Positions 1 to 10,251 of a DNA stretch of 64,000 nt are shown here, piece after piece. The stretch covers positions 211,321 through 275,320 of the forward strand of contig JAACJG010000004.1 of assembly GCA_009917695.1 (NCBI GenBank), read 5' to 3'. The DNA comes from Candidatus Rifleibacterium amylolyticum. GTDB taxonomy: Bacteria; Muiribacteriota; Ozemobacteria; Ozemobacterales; Ozemobacteraceae. Under the pieces are notes generated by a model. The model was not told the DNA's origin and ran no database searches. It saw only the letters and a program-made list of their open reading frames with translations. A program made the translations under genes and the position numbers. How positions within the stretch are numbered: the stretch's first letter is position 1; the number at the start of each line of letters is the position of its first letter.

Positions 1-334
1 AGCTTACAGCAACAGTATAAAGATTCAGGCCGGAGTTGCCGAAGAGCTGATCAGAGAACATGGCGCCGTGTCTGAGCCGGTTGTTCTGGCAATGGCGCAG
101 GCAGCCCGCAAAATGTTCAAGACTGACTGGGCTCTTGCTACGACCGGTGTCGCTGGCCCTGACCCGCTTGAAGGCAAGATGCCGGGAACAGCCTGGATAG
201 CCGTAGCCGGCCCGTCTCTCGAATGGTCGCAGCTGGTCGACTGGCCGGGCACGCGCCAGATGGTAAAGAACCGTATCTGTCGAAGTATTTTTCAGAGTTT
301 TTTCAAACTGCTCAAGGAAGAAAAGGCAAGATGA
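1..334 (+). CDS. cinA: CinA/PncC C-terminal domain (NMN amidohydrolase), 5' end outside the window
   Basis: Frame open from base 2: AYSNSIK...EHGAVSEPVVLAMAQAA...ALATTGVAGP...PGTAWIAV, the typical CinA motifs; lies directly upstream of thpR. Confidence 0.9.
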   Translation, partial: AYSNSIKIQAGVAEELIREHGAVSEPVVLAMAQAARKMFKTDWALATTGVAGPDPLEGKMPGTAWIAVAGPSLEWSQLVDWPGTRQMVKNRICRSIFQSFFKLLKEEKAR

Positions 335-867
335 ACGAGACACTCAGACTATTTTTTGCAATCGAAGTGCCCGAAGAAACCCGCAACGAAATCGCCAAAT
401 TCGGCGAAATCCTCGACCGCAGCTGGAAACCTTCGCGATCACAGCAGCTTCACATTACACTGGCATTTATGGGCGAAGTTCCGCCCGGCGATCTGCCAAA
501 GGTTATTCAAGCCGGCGAAGAAGCAGCCGAAGAGCTAGCTGCGTTCAATGTTTCGATCTCTGAGACTGAGATTTTTCCTGAGTCGGGTGAGCCGCGCGTG
601 CTTTATGCAAAGGTCGATGGCGGCCAGCCATTTTTTGACCTGGCTAATAGTCTGCGCCAGAAGCTTGGCAATCTGGCCGACAATAAAAAGGTTAAACCGC
701 ATCTTACTCTGGCCCGCGCCCGTGGCGACAGACCAGCCCGCAAAGTACTGCGAAAGTTTAAGGGCAGCTGGCCGGTTGCCGATTTTGTGCTTTTTAAAAG
801 CACCCTCACGCCAGAAGGCGCCAAGCACGAGGTCATGCAAAAGTTCAACCTCAAGCCCGCCGCCTGA
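331..867 (+). CDS. thpR: RNA 2',3'-cyclic phosphodiesterase (2H phosphoesterase, LigT/ThpR)
   Basis: RLFFAI start and two HxT motifs (HITLAF, HLTLAR); ATG 331 overlaps the cinA stop. Confidence 0.92.
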   Translation: MNETLRLFFAIEVPEETRNEIAKFGEILDRSWKPSRSQQLHITLAFMGEVPPGDLPKVIQAGEEAAEELAAFNVSISETEIFPESGEPRVLYAKVDGGQPFFDLANSLRQKLGNLADNKKVKPHLTLARARGDRPARKVLRKFKGSWPVADFVLFKSTLTPEGAKHEVMQKFNLKPAA

Positions 868-1004
868 TCTCATAAGCGAAAACTTTGAGCCAGGCAGTTT
901 TGACGCAAAGCTATAACTAATCACCATTACTCTGCCTGGTGAGAGTTGTAGCGTTGAGACCCTGCCGGAGCCCGTATATGCGGTATCCTTTAGCGGAATC
1001 GAAG
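866..1004 (+). repeat. Dispersed ~140 bp non-coding repeat, copy 1 (copy 2 inverted at ~43436-43612)
   Basis: GATCTCATAAGCGAAAACTTT..GAGCCAGGCA..TTGACGCAAAGC..GAGAGTTGTAGCGTTGAG is shared with the reverse complement of 43436-43612. Confidence 0.85.
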
Positions 1005-1006
1005 AT

Positions 1007-1042
1007 AAAAACACCCCGCTACCGGGTTGGTAACGGGGTGTT
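1007..1042 (-). terminator. Rho-independent terminator
   Basis: AACACCCCG...CGGGGTGTT stem; the A-run gives a U-tract on the minus strand just after the stop at 1055. Confidence 0.7.
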
Positions 1043-1054
1043 CTGCGTTAAGCT

Positions 1055-2389
1055 TTACTGGTTGAAGTTGGCGTCGTGCATGGCTTTGATGCGGTCGAGC
1101 GACTTCTTGGCTTCAGCGACTTTGCGCTTGTAGGGCGCGATGTATTCTTCGATGATTCTGGTGCGGTTCGACAGCAGGCTGTCGTAGTCGTCGCGGGCCG
1201 AGCGCACTTCATGTTCGTAAGGTCTGAGGTAGTCTCTGATAATGCGCTCACGATTGCGTCTGATATCCTGCAGCTCGCGGTTGGCATTTTCGAGGTTGCG
1301 TTTAGCGCGCTCGATTTCTTCGGGCGGAGTGGTAGTCACTTTGGACAACTCGTTGAGGCGATCCTGGGCGCGCTTTACGTTGTGCTCGGCATTGCGCAGG
1401 CGGTTTTCGTAGTCGCGGTCGGCGTCGTGGCGCGCGCGGCGCAGGCGGTCTTCGGCTCTTTCTATGTCGTCTCTGGCGCGGCGCACGCGGTCTTCAAAGT
1501 TGCGCTCGGCTGCTTCCCTCTGGCGGTCGAGGATTTCAAGAGCGACACGATAGTCATTCTGATGGCGCTCGACAATTGAGAAGCTGACGAGTTGGGGTGT
1601 TTCGTTGAGATCTTCAGAGAGCAGTTCGACGGCTTTGCGGTAGTCTTTGCTGGCCTGCAGGAAGTTGCTGTCATAGGCGTCGATAGCCTTGGTCAGATAG
1701 ACATCGGAAAGGCGCTTGAAGAAGTCAGGATAATCCTGGGGGCGTTGTGGGTAGTTGTATTGCTCGATAAGATCGAGGGCGGCGAGCTCGGCTGAGTTGC
1801 CAGCCCATGGTGTAAGGATTTCGAAGAGCCAGTAGACTGCTTCGCGCATGCTGCCGTCGAGTTTGTAGCAATCTACTACTTCGAGCAGATTGTTGTCGGT
1901 GCGGCTCATTTCGAGCAGCCACTTGATTGCCTGGTGATAATCTTTCTTGGCTTTGAAGCATGAAGCTATGCGGGCACGCACTTCATCTGTGCGGTTTTCG
2001 ACCTTGAGGTAATATTCGATGGCCTTGTCGTAGTTGCCATGCTTTTCAAAGGCATGGGCGACATCGAAGACCATTTTCTGAACCTGCTGGGCCGTCGACT
2101 TCATTTCGCTGTATTTTTCGCTGACCAGCGCTTCATTTTTTTCAATTTCTTTGTCGAGAGCTTTCTTTTTGCTGCCCTGGAACCAGCCGCTGGCGCCATC
2201 ATATTTCGAGCGTTCCTGCTGGAGTTTGTCGAGTCTGAGTTCGGGTTCGAGCAGTTGAGTTTCAACGCTGATCAGCTTCTTTTCGAGCTCTTCGATGTCC
2301 TTTTCTTCGGCAGCGCCGGCGATGAAAGGATTGATGGCCATGGTTACCGAAAAGATACCAGTTAAAATCAGATTTTTATTGATATTCAT
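1055..2389 (-). CDS. Exported TPR / coiled-coil hypothetical protein
   Basis: Signal-peptide-like N-terminus, TPR-like segment (GNYDKAIEYYLK), long charged coiled-coil C-terminus; start chosen from SD GGGAG. Confidence 0.7.
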   Translation of the reverse strand: MNINKNLILTGIFSVTMAINPFIAGAAEEKDIEELEKKLISVETQLLEPELRLDKLQQERSKYDGASGWFQGSKKKALDKEIEKNEALVSEKYSEMKSTAQQVQKMVFDVAHAFEKHGNYDKAIEYYLKVENRTDEVRARIASCFKAKKDYHQAIKWLLEMSRTDNNLLEVVDCYKLDGSMREAVYWLFEILTPWAGNSAELAALDLIEQYNYPQRPQDYPDFFKRLSDVYLTKAIDAYDSNFLQASKDYRKAVELLSEDLNETPQLVSFSIVERHQNDYRVALEILDRQREAAERNFEDRVRRARDDIERAEDRLRRARHDADRDYENRLRNAEHNVKRAQDRLNELSKVTTTPPEEIERAKRNLENANRELQDIRRNRERIIRDYLRPYEHEVRSARDDYDSLLSNRTRIIEEYIAPYKRKVAEAKKSLDRIKAMHDANFNQ

Positions 2390-2412
2390 GTGTTTTTCTC
2401 CCTTCATCTCTC

Positions 2413-3426
2413 TCAGCGTGCGTCTACATATACGTCACCAAGATCGACCTTGCTGAAGTATACGGCGTTGCGCTGGCTGCCATTTTTCGACATTACCCAG
2501 ATTTCGGCGAGAGCGTTTTTGAGCTGCAGTTTCTTTTCGCCGGCTACGTTTTCGATGGTGCCGAGTGTGGCCAGTTCTTTATAGTGGTTTTCTGCCAGGT
2601 ATCTGGTCGGATCTTTTTCGACCACCGATTTATACCAGGAAAGCTCGCCCATTACACTGTTGCCAGAATTCGGGGCAATTTTGAAGTCTACTGACTTTTT
2701 GCCAGACCAGAAGCCGCCGGTGGTGATTCTTACCACGGCTTTCATATCGTTCTGCACGAGGTCGCCACCGAAGTGGCCGAGAATTGCATCAACCACGAAT
2801 TTGCGACCTGAGAAATAAAAGGTGTGAGTCAGGCCGTTGCTGTCGTCGCTGTTGTCTGAAAGGATACGGCAGTTATGTCTTGAGAAGATGTTCTTGAGGT
2901 TGTCGAGACGTCTGTTTTTATCGGTGTCGGTGAAGGAGATGACTGCTTCGACCACCGGAATATCGATCATTACCAGGCGGCGCTGGCGGCGGTTCATCAA
3001 TACTTCAGGATTGGCAGCGGCGCGTCCGCTCACGCTCAGGTTGATTTCGGGGGCTATCGCTGCGCTGCCCGATACAAAACCGGCTCTCTGCTGTAGAAGC
3101 TTTTCTACTCTGGCAACAGTATGGGCGTTCAGGTCGCTCTCAGCTGCGAATGTTGCGAGGGTGCTCTGGGCAGCAGTAAAATCTTCAGTTGATTCTATGT
3201 TGCTGATGATGTCGCGGATCGATCTCTCGGCTTTGTCAGCACGGTCTGCGGCGCCTTCGAATGCCTGTTTCTCAGCACTGTCAGCCTTTTCGCTGGCGAG
3301 ATAGGCGGCCTGAGAAATTGCTTCGGCATAATTCCCGAGACAATTGTTAAAATCAGCCTGATCAAAAGCGAAGGCTGAGAGAGAAACGAGTGTTAAGAAC
3401 AAAACCAGGGCGGTCTTTCGCAACAT
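2413..3426 (-). CDS. Exported hypothetical protein
   Basis: MLRKTALVLFLTLVSLSAFA signal peptide; long ORF; SD-like GAGGAAGG upstream. Confidence 0.7.
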   Translation of the reverse strand: MLRKTALVLFLTLVSLSAFAFDQADFNNCLGNYAEAISQAAYLASEKADSAEKQAFEGAADRADKAERSIRDIISNIESTEDFTAAQSTLATFAAESDLNAHTVARVEKLLQQRAGFVSGSAAIAPEINLSVSGRAAANPEVLMNRRQRRLVMIDIPVVEAVISFTDTDKNRRLDNLKNIFSRHNCRILSDNSDDSNGLTHTFYFSGRKFVVDAILGHFGGDLVQNDMKAVVRITTGGFWSGKKSVDFKIAPNSGNSVMGELSWYKSVVEKDPTRYLAENHYKELATLGTIENVAGEKKLQLKNALAEIWVMSKNGSQRNAVYFSKVDLGDVYVDAR

Positions 3427-3671
3427 ATCTTGTTTCCTTCCTCTTAAAAGTTTAAGGATGTGGAAATCAAAGCAATTTTTGTACCATTTCACAGAATGAC
3501 TGATAGCGCGAATTCTGTAAGACAGACCAATAATCTGCCCAATTTTCGGCAGTCTTTCTGCTAATTTTCAGCACTGCCATAACCTGTGACGCATAATGAG
3601 GCGGGGTTGCAAATCTGGAGGGTAAGCAGTATATTACGCCTTGAAAAATGTCTGCAAAAGGAAACAAAACA

Positions 3672-4658
3672 ATGATGAATAAATATCTGTCAATATGCCT
3701 GGTTATAGCTCTTCTGGCCGGTAACAGCCTGTACGCGCAAACACCAGCTTCGACCGCGAAACCTGCCAAAGCAAGCCCGGCCATTGAAAAATCTGCCAGC
3801 GGAACCGTTGATGTCAGCAAGATCGATCCGATCAAGCTTAACAATCAGATGATGATGGTTTTTATGGAAAGAATGAAAGCCGGGAATTATGCAGAAGCCA
3901 GAGAAATTGCCGGTCAGATGATCTTTGGTCATGATAAGTTCAGCTCTAATGAAACCAAAGAGTATAAGAGCTTTCACTCTCTCATGGAAAAAGAACTCTA
4001 CAGTCTGCTCGAAAATCGTCAGGGCAATAAAAAAGAAGTTGTGTGGGTTGAACAGCCAATATCTGACGGCTTTTACCTGCTGGCAATGCTTGATTTTCAG
4101 GAAGGCAAGCATGAGGACGCACTCGCCAATATGCAGCGTGCCGTCTATTGGAACCCTGTGCGCTCTGCTTTTTATTGTGAACGCGGTTACATGCTGTTGA
4201 GAAACAATACCAACCCGAATCCTCTTATGGCTCAGGTCGCTTATACTAAGGCTCTCGAACTGGCCGACAATCCGGAAGATTTTGCCGGCGCACTGCGCGG
4301 TCTGGCTTTTATTCTGCTCGAACGCCGTCAGCCAGATGTGGCGCTTGCCTGCCTGCTTGTCGCCAAAGAGTTCACGCCCGGAGAAAACGATGTCGAAGAA
4401 GAGCTCTTTTTTATCAGCCGCAACTTCCCGACTCTATACAATTCAATGGATGTCGCCAGCGCCCGTCAGACTCTCAAAAAGAATCGCATTCTCGATGACT
4501 ACGCACCGGAACATGTACAGGTGTTGCTGCGTCTGGCCGACAGCTTCAAGGATCCAAAAGATGCGCCACGCGTTATAAGCCTGCTGCATCGCGCCAAACA
4601 GATGGCCCCCAAAAATCAGGAAGTGAACCGCCGTATTCAGCTGCTCGAGAAGAAATAG
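3672..4658 (+). CDS. Exported tetratricopeptide-repeat protein
   Basis: Signal peptide ending LYA; TPR pattern (GKHEDALANMQRAVYWNP, AYTKALEL). Confidence 0.75.
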   Translation: MMNKYLSICLVIALLAGNSLYAQTPASTAKPAKASPAIEKSASGTVDVSKIDPIKLNNQMMMVFMERMKAGNYAEAREIAGQMIFGHDKFSSNETKEYKSFHSLMEKELYSLLENRQGNKKEVVWVEQPISDGFYLLAMLDFQEGKHEDALANMQRAVYWNPVRSAFYCERGYMLLRNNTNPNPLMAQVAYTKALELADNPEDFAGALRGLAFILLERRQPDVALACLLVAKEFTPGENDVEEELFFISRNFPTLYNSMDVASARQTLKKNRILDDYAPEHVQVLLRLADSFKDPKDAPRVISLLHRAKQMAPKNQEVNRRIQLLEKK

Positions 4659-6116
4659 TTATTCGATGTTGATCGGGTGAGTGAAGCGATAGGGCAGGTT
4701 GCGCCAGATTTTCCAGACACCGTCTTCGCGACGCCATTCGACCACAGCCCTGATCGATCCCGAGTCGATGTCTATGCCCGGGATTAAGCTTATTACGCGA
4801 ACCTGAGCACTGCATCTGACCTTGGCTTTGCCAGACTCATAAAAATCGATCGAGTCGATCGAGTAGTTGGCCAGTTTTACATCCATGGCATTGAAGCGGG
4901 ATTGTGTGCAGCTGGCAAGATCAGTATAGGTGCTGTTCACATCCCAGTCATTACCAAAATTCTGCGATATGCGGCTCATGACGATGTCGAGCTTCTCAGT
5001 TGCCAGGGCAGCCTGTAGTTCGCGATGAGCATCGGCGATTTCACCCCACTGGCTGTCGGCATGCACTTCGGTCGGGTGGGTATCGCGATAAGGCATGTTG
5101 CGGTAAACTTTCCAGAAGTTGCCTTCTTTGCGCCAGACTGCATCAAAAAGGTAAGTTTTTTCGCGAACGATCTCTTCAGAGCGCAGGCTTTTGAGCTTGA
5201 TTTTAGCCTCAGTTCTCACCCTCACCATGTTTTCCGGCAAAAATTCGCTGTCTTTGATCTGCCAGCCGACTTCGGTGAAGGTAAAATCCTTGAAAAGTTC
5301 TGTGAAATGAGTGATGACGTCGTTCCAGTTTGAGGTCGTATCCCAGTCATTCAAAAATGATGGCGAAATATAGACCTTGAGAAGCTCTGTGTCCCCGCGT
5401 AAAAGGATATGTCGTAAAACACTGTTGGCCTCTTTTATCATGATTTCGCGCTCGAGTATCTGGCTTGCTGCTGTAGAGGCGGCATTTTTAACGGCTGCCA
5501 GTTCGAGAACGGTCTGCGGCACTGCCGTGTCAGGAAGCTGCAGACAAAGTTTCAGTGCTGTTACGACATCACTTACCAGAGTTTCGTATTCGCGCGCTCT
5601 GATATCGGCTGCCGTAAGGTTCTTGTCGAGGCCAAGGCCTTGCTGCCAGATCAGTGCTTCAGCAGTCAGCTGCAGATTCAGTTCAAGCTTGCTCAGGTCA
5701 CTGTAATAGAGGTCGTCAGGCGAAACTCGGCGGAGCAGGGCGATTTTTCCGGATTCTGCTCTGATCACAAGGTCTTCCGCAAACGGAACACGACTGAGCG
5801 AGTAACTCCCGGTTTTGTCTGGCCGGGAACTTACTCCACCTGCGGTTACGTTGAACGCAGAAAAGTCCGTGATTGCAGTCAGTTCAGGGCGAAGAGAACT
5901 CGCGAGATCGGTTTCGACAATTTCGGGCAGTTTGATCTGACCTGACAGCGTAAAGTGTTCTCCATCAGGCAGCGGGCTGAACCGCATGTCACCTTTGCCT
6001 GTGCAGCCGTTAAAAATAAGCATCATTGACAACAGAACCAGCGAATAGAAAGTATTGCCATAGCGCCGGCCTGGTTTGAATCTTTTCGGTTTATTCATAC
6101 TGTCAGAACTCATCAT
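4659..6116 (-). CDS. Putative lipoprotein with two tandem NTF2/SnoaL-like domains
   Basis: Hydrophobic stretch ending FNGC; internal duplication (ISPSFLNDWD...WRKEGNFWKVYRNMPY vs ISQNFGNDWD...WRREDGVWKIWRNLPY). Confidence 0.65.
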   Translation of the reverse strand: MMSSDSMNKPKRFKPGRRYGNTFYSLVLLSMMLIFNGCTGKGDMRFSPLPDGEHFTLSGQIKLPEIVETDLASSLRPELTAITDFSAFNVTAGGVSSRPDKTGSYSLSRVPFAEDLVIRAESGKIALLRRVSPDDLYYSDLSKLELNLQLTAEALIWQQGLGLDKNLTAADIRAREYETLVSDVVTALKLCLQLPDTAVPQTVLELAAVKNAASTAASQILEREIMIKEANSVLRHILLRGDTELLKVYISPSFLNDWDTTSNWNDVITHFTELFKDFTFTEVGWQIKDSEFLPENMVRVRTEAKIKLKSLRSEEIVREKTYLFDAVWRKEGNFWKVYRNMPYRDTHPTEVHADSQWGEIADAHRELQAALATEKLDIVMSRISQNFGNDWDVNSTYTDLASCTQSRFNAMDVKLANYSIDSIDFYESGKAKVRCSAQVRVISLIPGIDIDSGSIRAVVEWRREDGVWKIWRNLPYRFTHPINIE

Positions 6117-6304
6117 AATATCTTTCGTCAGAATATCCTCAAGTCATGAGAGCCAAAAACAGACTCCCGGTTGATGACAACAAGTGCTTTATAAATGCAG
6201 ATTTAAGGCCGAAATTTTACGACTGCAGCTATTTGTGTTATGGTAAGACCATAAATATACGTAGCACCACAATGCAGGTGCAGGGTTTCCTATGGAGGCA
6301 TACA

Positions 6305-9300
6305 ATGGAAGAAAACGCAGTCAAGACCGTCAAACAATCGCGCGGGGTAATGTTCTATCTTAAGGTTCTGCTGGTTTTTATGCTGTTACTGGGAGCTTCG
6401 CTGGCGATAGGCCTGTATTATGTCTACCATCGTCTTACCACCGACAGCCAGCTTGAGAAAATCGTCGGCGAGAAAATAAGCGCAGCGACGGGTATGGAAG
6501 TAAACTTCTCGGGTATCGAGGTGTCGTTTCCCAATATAACTATCAGAGATATCAGGATTGCTACCAATTCGGCTGAACTGAAACTTGATGCAAATATCGC
6601 ACATCTAAGTGTAACCCCTGATTTTTTTGCCGCCCTGCAGGGTGAGCTGGTGCTTGATTCAATAGATGTTGCTTCTGGGATAACCAGGGTTGAGTTTCTA
6701 ACTGCAGAACCAGGCTCAGAGCCGGCTCAGGCTTCTGCTGCGAAGAAACCTCTGGATCTCGCGACACTCAAGCTGCCTTTTAGAAACGTCGGCATGAGCG
6801 ATCTCAGATTCAGCGTCAAGACTGCGACCGCTGAAAAGCCATATGAAATGATGTTAAAGAGTGCTGGAATCTCTCGATCGATGTTGTCGAGTACTCTTCC
6901 TTTCAATATTGACATAGATGTAATCTCAGTTGCTGCTGCCCAGGTCGAAGGCCGAATTTTATGGCCAGACAATATCAGCGCTTCGTTAAAGGTCGCAGTG
7001 GCAAATGTCGAAGAACTCAAAAAACTCGTGCCGGCGGATTATCAGAAGCATCTGGCTTTTGTTAAATCAGCCAGCACAAAGGCCGACGTTGAATACAATT
7101 TAAAGGACGGCTCGATAAAAGTGAGCGGCGGTCAGGTTGTTGTAGAACCTGGGATCAAAGCTGATGTCGGAGTTCAGGTCGCCAGCGTTTCTCCGCTCAA
7201 AGCCAATGCTACGTTCAAATTATCGCCCCTGCAGATCGATATGCTCTGGCCGATGGTTAAAGATTTTGTGCCGGCTGAACATGGCCTGTTGCTTAAAAAC
7301 GGTTCTGTTTCGGCAGAAGGCTCGGTTGTGCTTAACGCCGATGCTGCGCCGACAATAGATGTGAAGGTTGTTACAGAAAAGATAACGATAAGCGCTAAAG
7401 CTCTGCCTGAAGCCGTTCAGCTCGAACGTGGGCAGATCCGTTATAATGATGACAAAATAAGTTTTTCTGGGTTCTCGGCGAAAATCTCTGACTCACAGAT
7501 ACAGCTGGTCAGCGGCAGTCTTAAAATCGAACCGCTTGCCTTTTCTGGCGAAGTCAGCGCCGATGCCAATTTTGACAGTATCTGGAAAATGGTGTCTGGC
7601 TATCTCAGCGACGATGCAAAGAGAGTCACGCCTTCTGGAAAAGCCTCTTTCAAAGGCAATCTCGCCTATGACAGCAAGGGCCCGAAAATTGATGGAACTT
7701 TCGCTTCAGACCGTATAACGCTCAAGGAAAAGCAGACTTCGGCTCAGGCGACTGTTGAGAAGGTAAAGGTGCGCCTTGAAGGGCTGGGTGATGCGAAAGG
7801 AAAAATTCACGTCGAGAGCCTTGAGGCAAAGGGCGTTGGCGCACTGGTCAAGCTCAAGGGCGTTATGACCAACGCCGCCGACATCGGCCTCGATTTTTCG
7901 GCTGATGGCAATGTCAATATCGATGAATTCGCCAAAATTGGTGCCGGTTTATTTAAGTTACCGATCAAACCTGAGCAGTTCAAAGGTGAGCTGATTCTCG
8001 CGATGCAGGTTGGCGGTAAGCTCAGCGATATTAAGCCAAAGGGGCGCCTGGAACTCAAAAATGTTCACGCCGACCTGTCTGAGCGCGGTTTTGTGCTGGC
8101 GAAGCTGAATGGCGCTGCCAGCGCCGATCTCGACAAGCTTGTTCTCGACAAAGTTGCTGCCGAAATTCTCGGCGGCAAGGTTTCTATCAGCGGCACTCTG
8201 CAAAACTTCAAAAAGCCGGTTTTTGATGCCAGCCTTGGCATAACCGGAGCCGACCTCGGGCAGATCAGAGCAATGGTCGCCAGAAACTACCCGGAAATGC
8301 CCAAAGAACTCGAACTAAGCGGAAAGTCAGATTTGAATGTAAATCTCAAGGGTTCGCTCGAAAAACCTGACATAAATGGTGACGCATCTCTCAAAGGTGT
8401 AAGGTTTTTTCACCCGGCAGTGTTCAGGCCGGTAGAAAACATCACCGGCCCAATTAAAATCAGCAACAAAGGACTTACCACCAGTGGAGTAAGCGCCGGC
8501 TGGGGCACTTCCAAGGCCAATATCACCGGCGAACTCACTGACTGGGGTAAGCTCATCAGTAATTTCAAATTTGTTGTCAGCCCGCTTGACGCAACTGATG
8601 CTGCCGGATTTTTCCTGAAAGATACTGGTTATGTTTTTGATGGCAAAGGAACCGGCAGTGGCGCTATAACCGGGCCGCTTGAAAAGATCAAGGTTGCCGG
8701 CGTCGCTTCGGTTCCTGCCGGCCTGGTGACTGCCCAGGTTGCTGAAAAGGGTGAGACTTTCAAGTTTCCATTTCAGAAGCTGACAACCAGCTTTTCCTAC
8801 ACTGAGTCGGTGTTTTCGATTACCTCGGCTGAATTCAATATCTTCAGCGGTAAAGTTACGGGCAGCGGCAAGGTCTTTCTTGCTTCAGAACCGATCAAAT
8901 TTGAGTTTAACAGCAATATCGATAATCTGCTGACTCAGGAATTTCTTAAACAGAACACGAAATACCCGAACGTGCTTACAGGCGCCTTAAACGGCAGCTT
9001 TAACGGTCGCGGTAATACTCTGGGACTGAATGAGCTTAATGGCGACGCAAAGCTTGCCATGCCAAAAGGCACTTACAATTCACCTCCGTTCATTAAGCAG
9101 ATTGCTGACAAGCTGAATGCTCCACAACTTGCTTCTGGAACCATTGACAACGCTGCCGGCGACTATAAAATTTCAGCCGGCAGAATTAGTTCAAACAATG
9201 TGCTTGCCAAAGCAGGTGAAGACAGAGTAACTTTTGTAGGGTCGGTTGGTCTTGATACAACCCTCGATGGTGAAGCGAGATTTCTACTTAATCGCCAGAC

Positions 9301-9658
9301 AGCCTTGAAGAGTAACATTCTCAAAGAACTCATTGGCGATGAAGCATCAGTTGAAATCCCGGTTACAGTCAAGGGTTCGTTCATGTCGCCTTCGGTTGGC
9401 ATTCCGCTTGACCGCATGCTCAAAGATGCGGCGGAGCGTCGGGCGAAGTCGGCGGTGAAAAAAGAAGCCGGCAAGGTTCTTGACCGTCTGTTCGGTGGCA
9501 AGAAACAGCCTGCAGCGCAGACAGCAACGGCCACGGCTCCTGTTGCCGGAACGGCTTCCGCAACGGTACAGCCTGCTCCTAAGCCGTCACCGCAGAAGCA
9601 GATCGAGAACAAGATCAAAGATCTTGGCAAGGACTTGAAAAACATTTTTCGCAGATAA
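6305..9658 (+). CDS. AsmA-like envelope protein
   Basis: Single N-terminal TM helix, ~1100 aa of beta-strand repeats, AsmA-like C-terminus (IPVTVKGSFMSPSV); GGAGG upstream of ATG 6305. Confidence 0.8.
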   Translation: MEENAVKTVKQSRGVMFYLKVLLVFMLLLGASLAIGLYYVYHRLTTDSQLEKIVGEKISAATGMEVNFSGIEVSFPNITIRDIRIATNSAELKLDANIAHLSVTPDFFAALQGELVLDSIDVASGITRVEFLTAEPGSEPAQASAAKKPLDLATLKLPFRNVGMSDLRFSVKTATAEKPYEMMLKSAGISRSMLSSTLPFNIDIDVISVAAAQVEGRILWPDNISASLKVAVANVEELKKLVPADYQKHLAFVKSASTKADVEYNLKDGSIKVSGGQVVVEPGIKADVGVQVASVSPLKANATFKLSPLQIDMLWPMVKDFVPAEHGLLLKNGSVSAEGSVVLNADAAPTIDVKVVTEKITISAKALPEAVQLERGQIRYNDDKISFSGFSAKISDSQIQLVSGSLKIEPLAFSGEVSADANFDSIWKMVSGYLSDDAKRVTPSGKASFKGNLAYDSKGPKIDGTFASDRITLKEKQTSAQATVEKVKVRLEGLGDAKGKIHVESLEAKGVGALVKLKGVMTNAADIGLDFSADGNVNIDEFAKIGAGLFKLPIKPEQFKGELILAMQVGGKLSDIKPKGRLELKNVHADLSERGFVLAKLNGAASADLDKLVLDKVAAEILGGKVSISGTLQNFKKPVFDASLGITGADLGQIRAMVARNYPEMPKELELSGKSDLNVNLKGSLEKPDINGDASLKGVRFFHPAVFRPVENITGPIKISNKGLTTSGVSAGWGTSKANITGELTDWGKLISNFKFVVSPLDATDAAGFFLKDTGYVFDGKGTGSGAITGPLEKIKVAGVASVPAGLVTAQVAEKGETFKFPFQKLTTSFSYTESVFSITSAEFNIFSGKVTGSGKVFLASEPIKFEFNSNIDNLLTQEFLKQNTKYPNVLTGALNGSFNGRGNTLGLNELNGDAKLAMPKGTYNSPPFIKQIADKLNAPQLASGTIDNAAGDYKISAGRISSNNVLAKAGEDRVTFVGSVGLDTTLDGEARFLLNRQTALKSNILKELIGDEASVEIPVTVKGSFMSPSVGIPLDRMLKDAAERRAKSAVKKEAGKVLDRLFGGKKQPAAQTATATAPVAGTASATVQPAPKPSPQKQIENKIKDLGKDLKNIFRR

Positions 9659-9670
9659 TCAGGAGGCTGA

Positions 9671-10027
9671 TTGGATAACAAGAATTTTACCCTCAACTTC
9701 AAGAGCTCGGGCAAAATCACGATAGTTGAGTTCAGTGGTTATCTTGCGGCCGGAGTCACCGAGGCTCTGGTGCCGAAGGTTGAGGCTCTTCTTGTCGAAG
9801 GCTGCCGGAATTTTCTGTTCGATTTTTCAGGTGTGACAATGCTTGAGAGCGCAGCAGTTGCCGGTATTCTGGCGACAACTGAAAAAATAGTTGATGACCG
9901 TCAGGGCTATCTCGCCTTCTGTAATCTCAATGATGTTTCGCTGCGGGTTCTTGAGATGGTTGGCGTTTTTCTCTATGCCGGCTGTTTTGATACACCCGAA
10001 CAGGCCATTGCCGAAATGACAGAATAA
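9671..10027 (+). CDS. STAS-domain anti-sigma-factor antagonist
   Basis: FDFSGVTMLESAAVAGI resembles the STAS DxSxVxxxDSSG motif; AGGAGG before the TTG start. Confidence 0.85.
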   Translation: MDNKNFTLNFKSSGKITIVEFSGYLAAGVTEALVPKVEALLVEGCRNFLFDFSGVTMLESAAVAGILATTEKIVDDRQGYLAFCNLNDVSLRVLEMVGVFLYAGCFDTPEQAIAEMTE

Positions 10028-10175
10028 ATCGGAGCGAAAGTCGCTTAGATTGCGATGTATTCAGAGAGCTTCGGTGTCTGAAAATCGCGCTTAATTTTAG
10101 GCAGACCGCTGCTGAATTTTTGCTTATATTTGCCAGCGCTCTCCGAAAACCCTCTTTATTAAAGACTTTTTGTTG

Positions 10176-10190
10176 TGGTACGCGTTTTGC
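10176..10190 (+). promoter_or_regulatory. Candidate sigma54 (-24/-12) promoter
   Basis: TGGTACG-CGTT-TTGC matches TGGCACG-N4-TTGC with exact spacing, ~60 bp upstream of ATG 10252. Confidence 0.6.
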
Positions 10191-10251
10191 GTAAGTTAAA
10201 TGCGTTCTGATTTTATTATTTATTATTATTCAATGCGGAGGGAGCGACTGT

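Noticed and set aside
899-935. GACGCAAAGCTATA resembles the core of a c-di-GMP-I riboswitch
   Set aside because: The GGCAAAC...GAAA stem and the rest of the consensus are missing, and it lies between convergent genes
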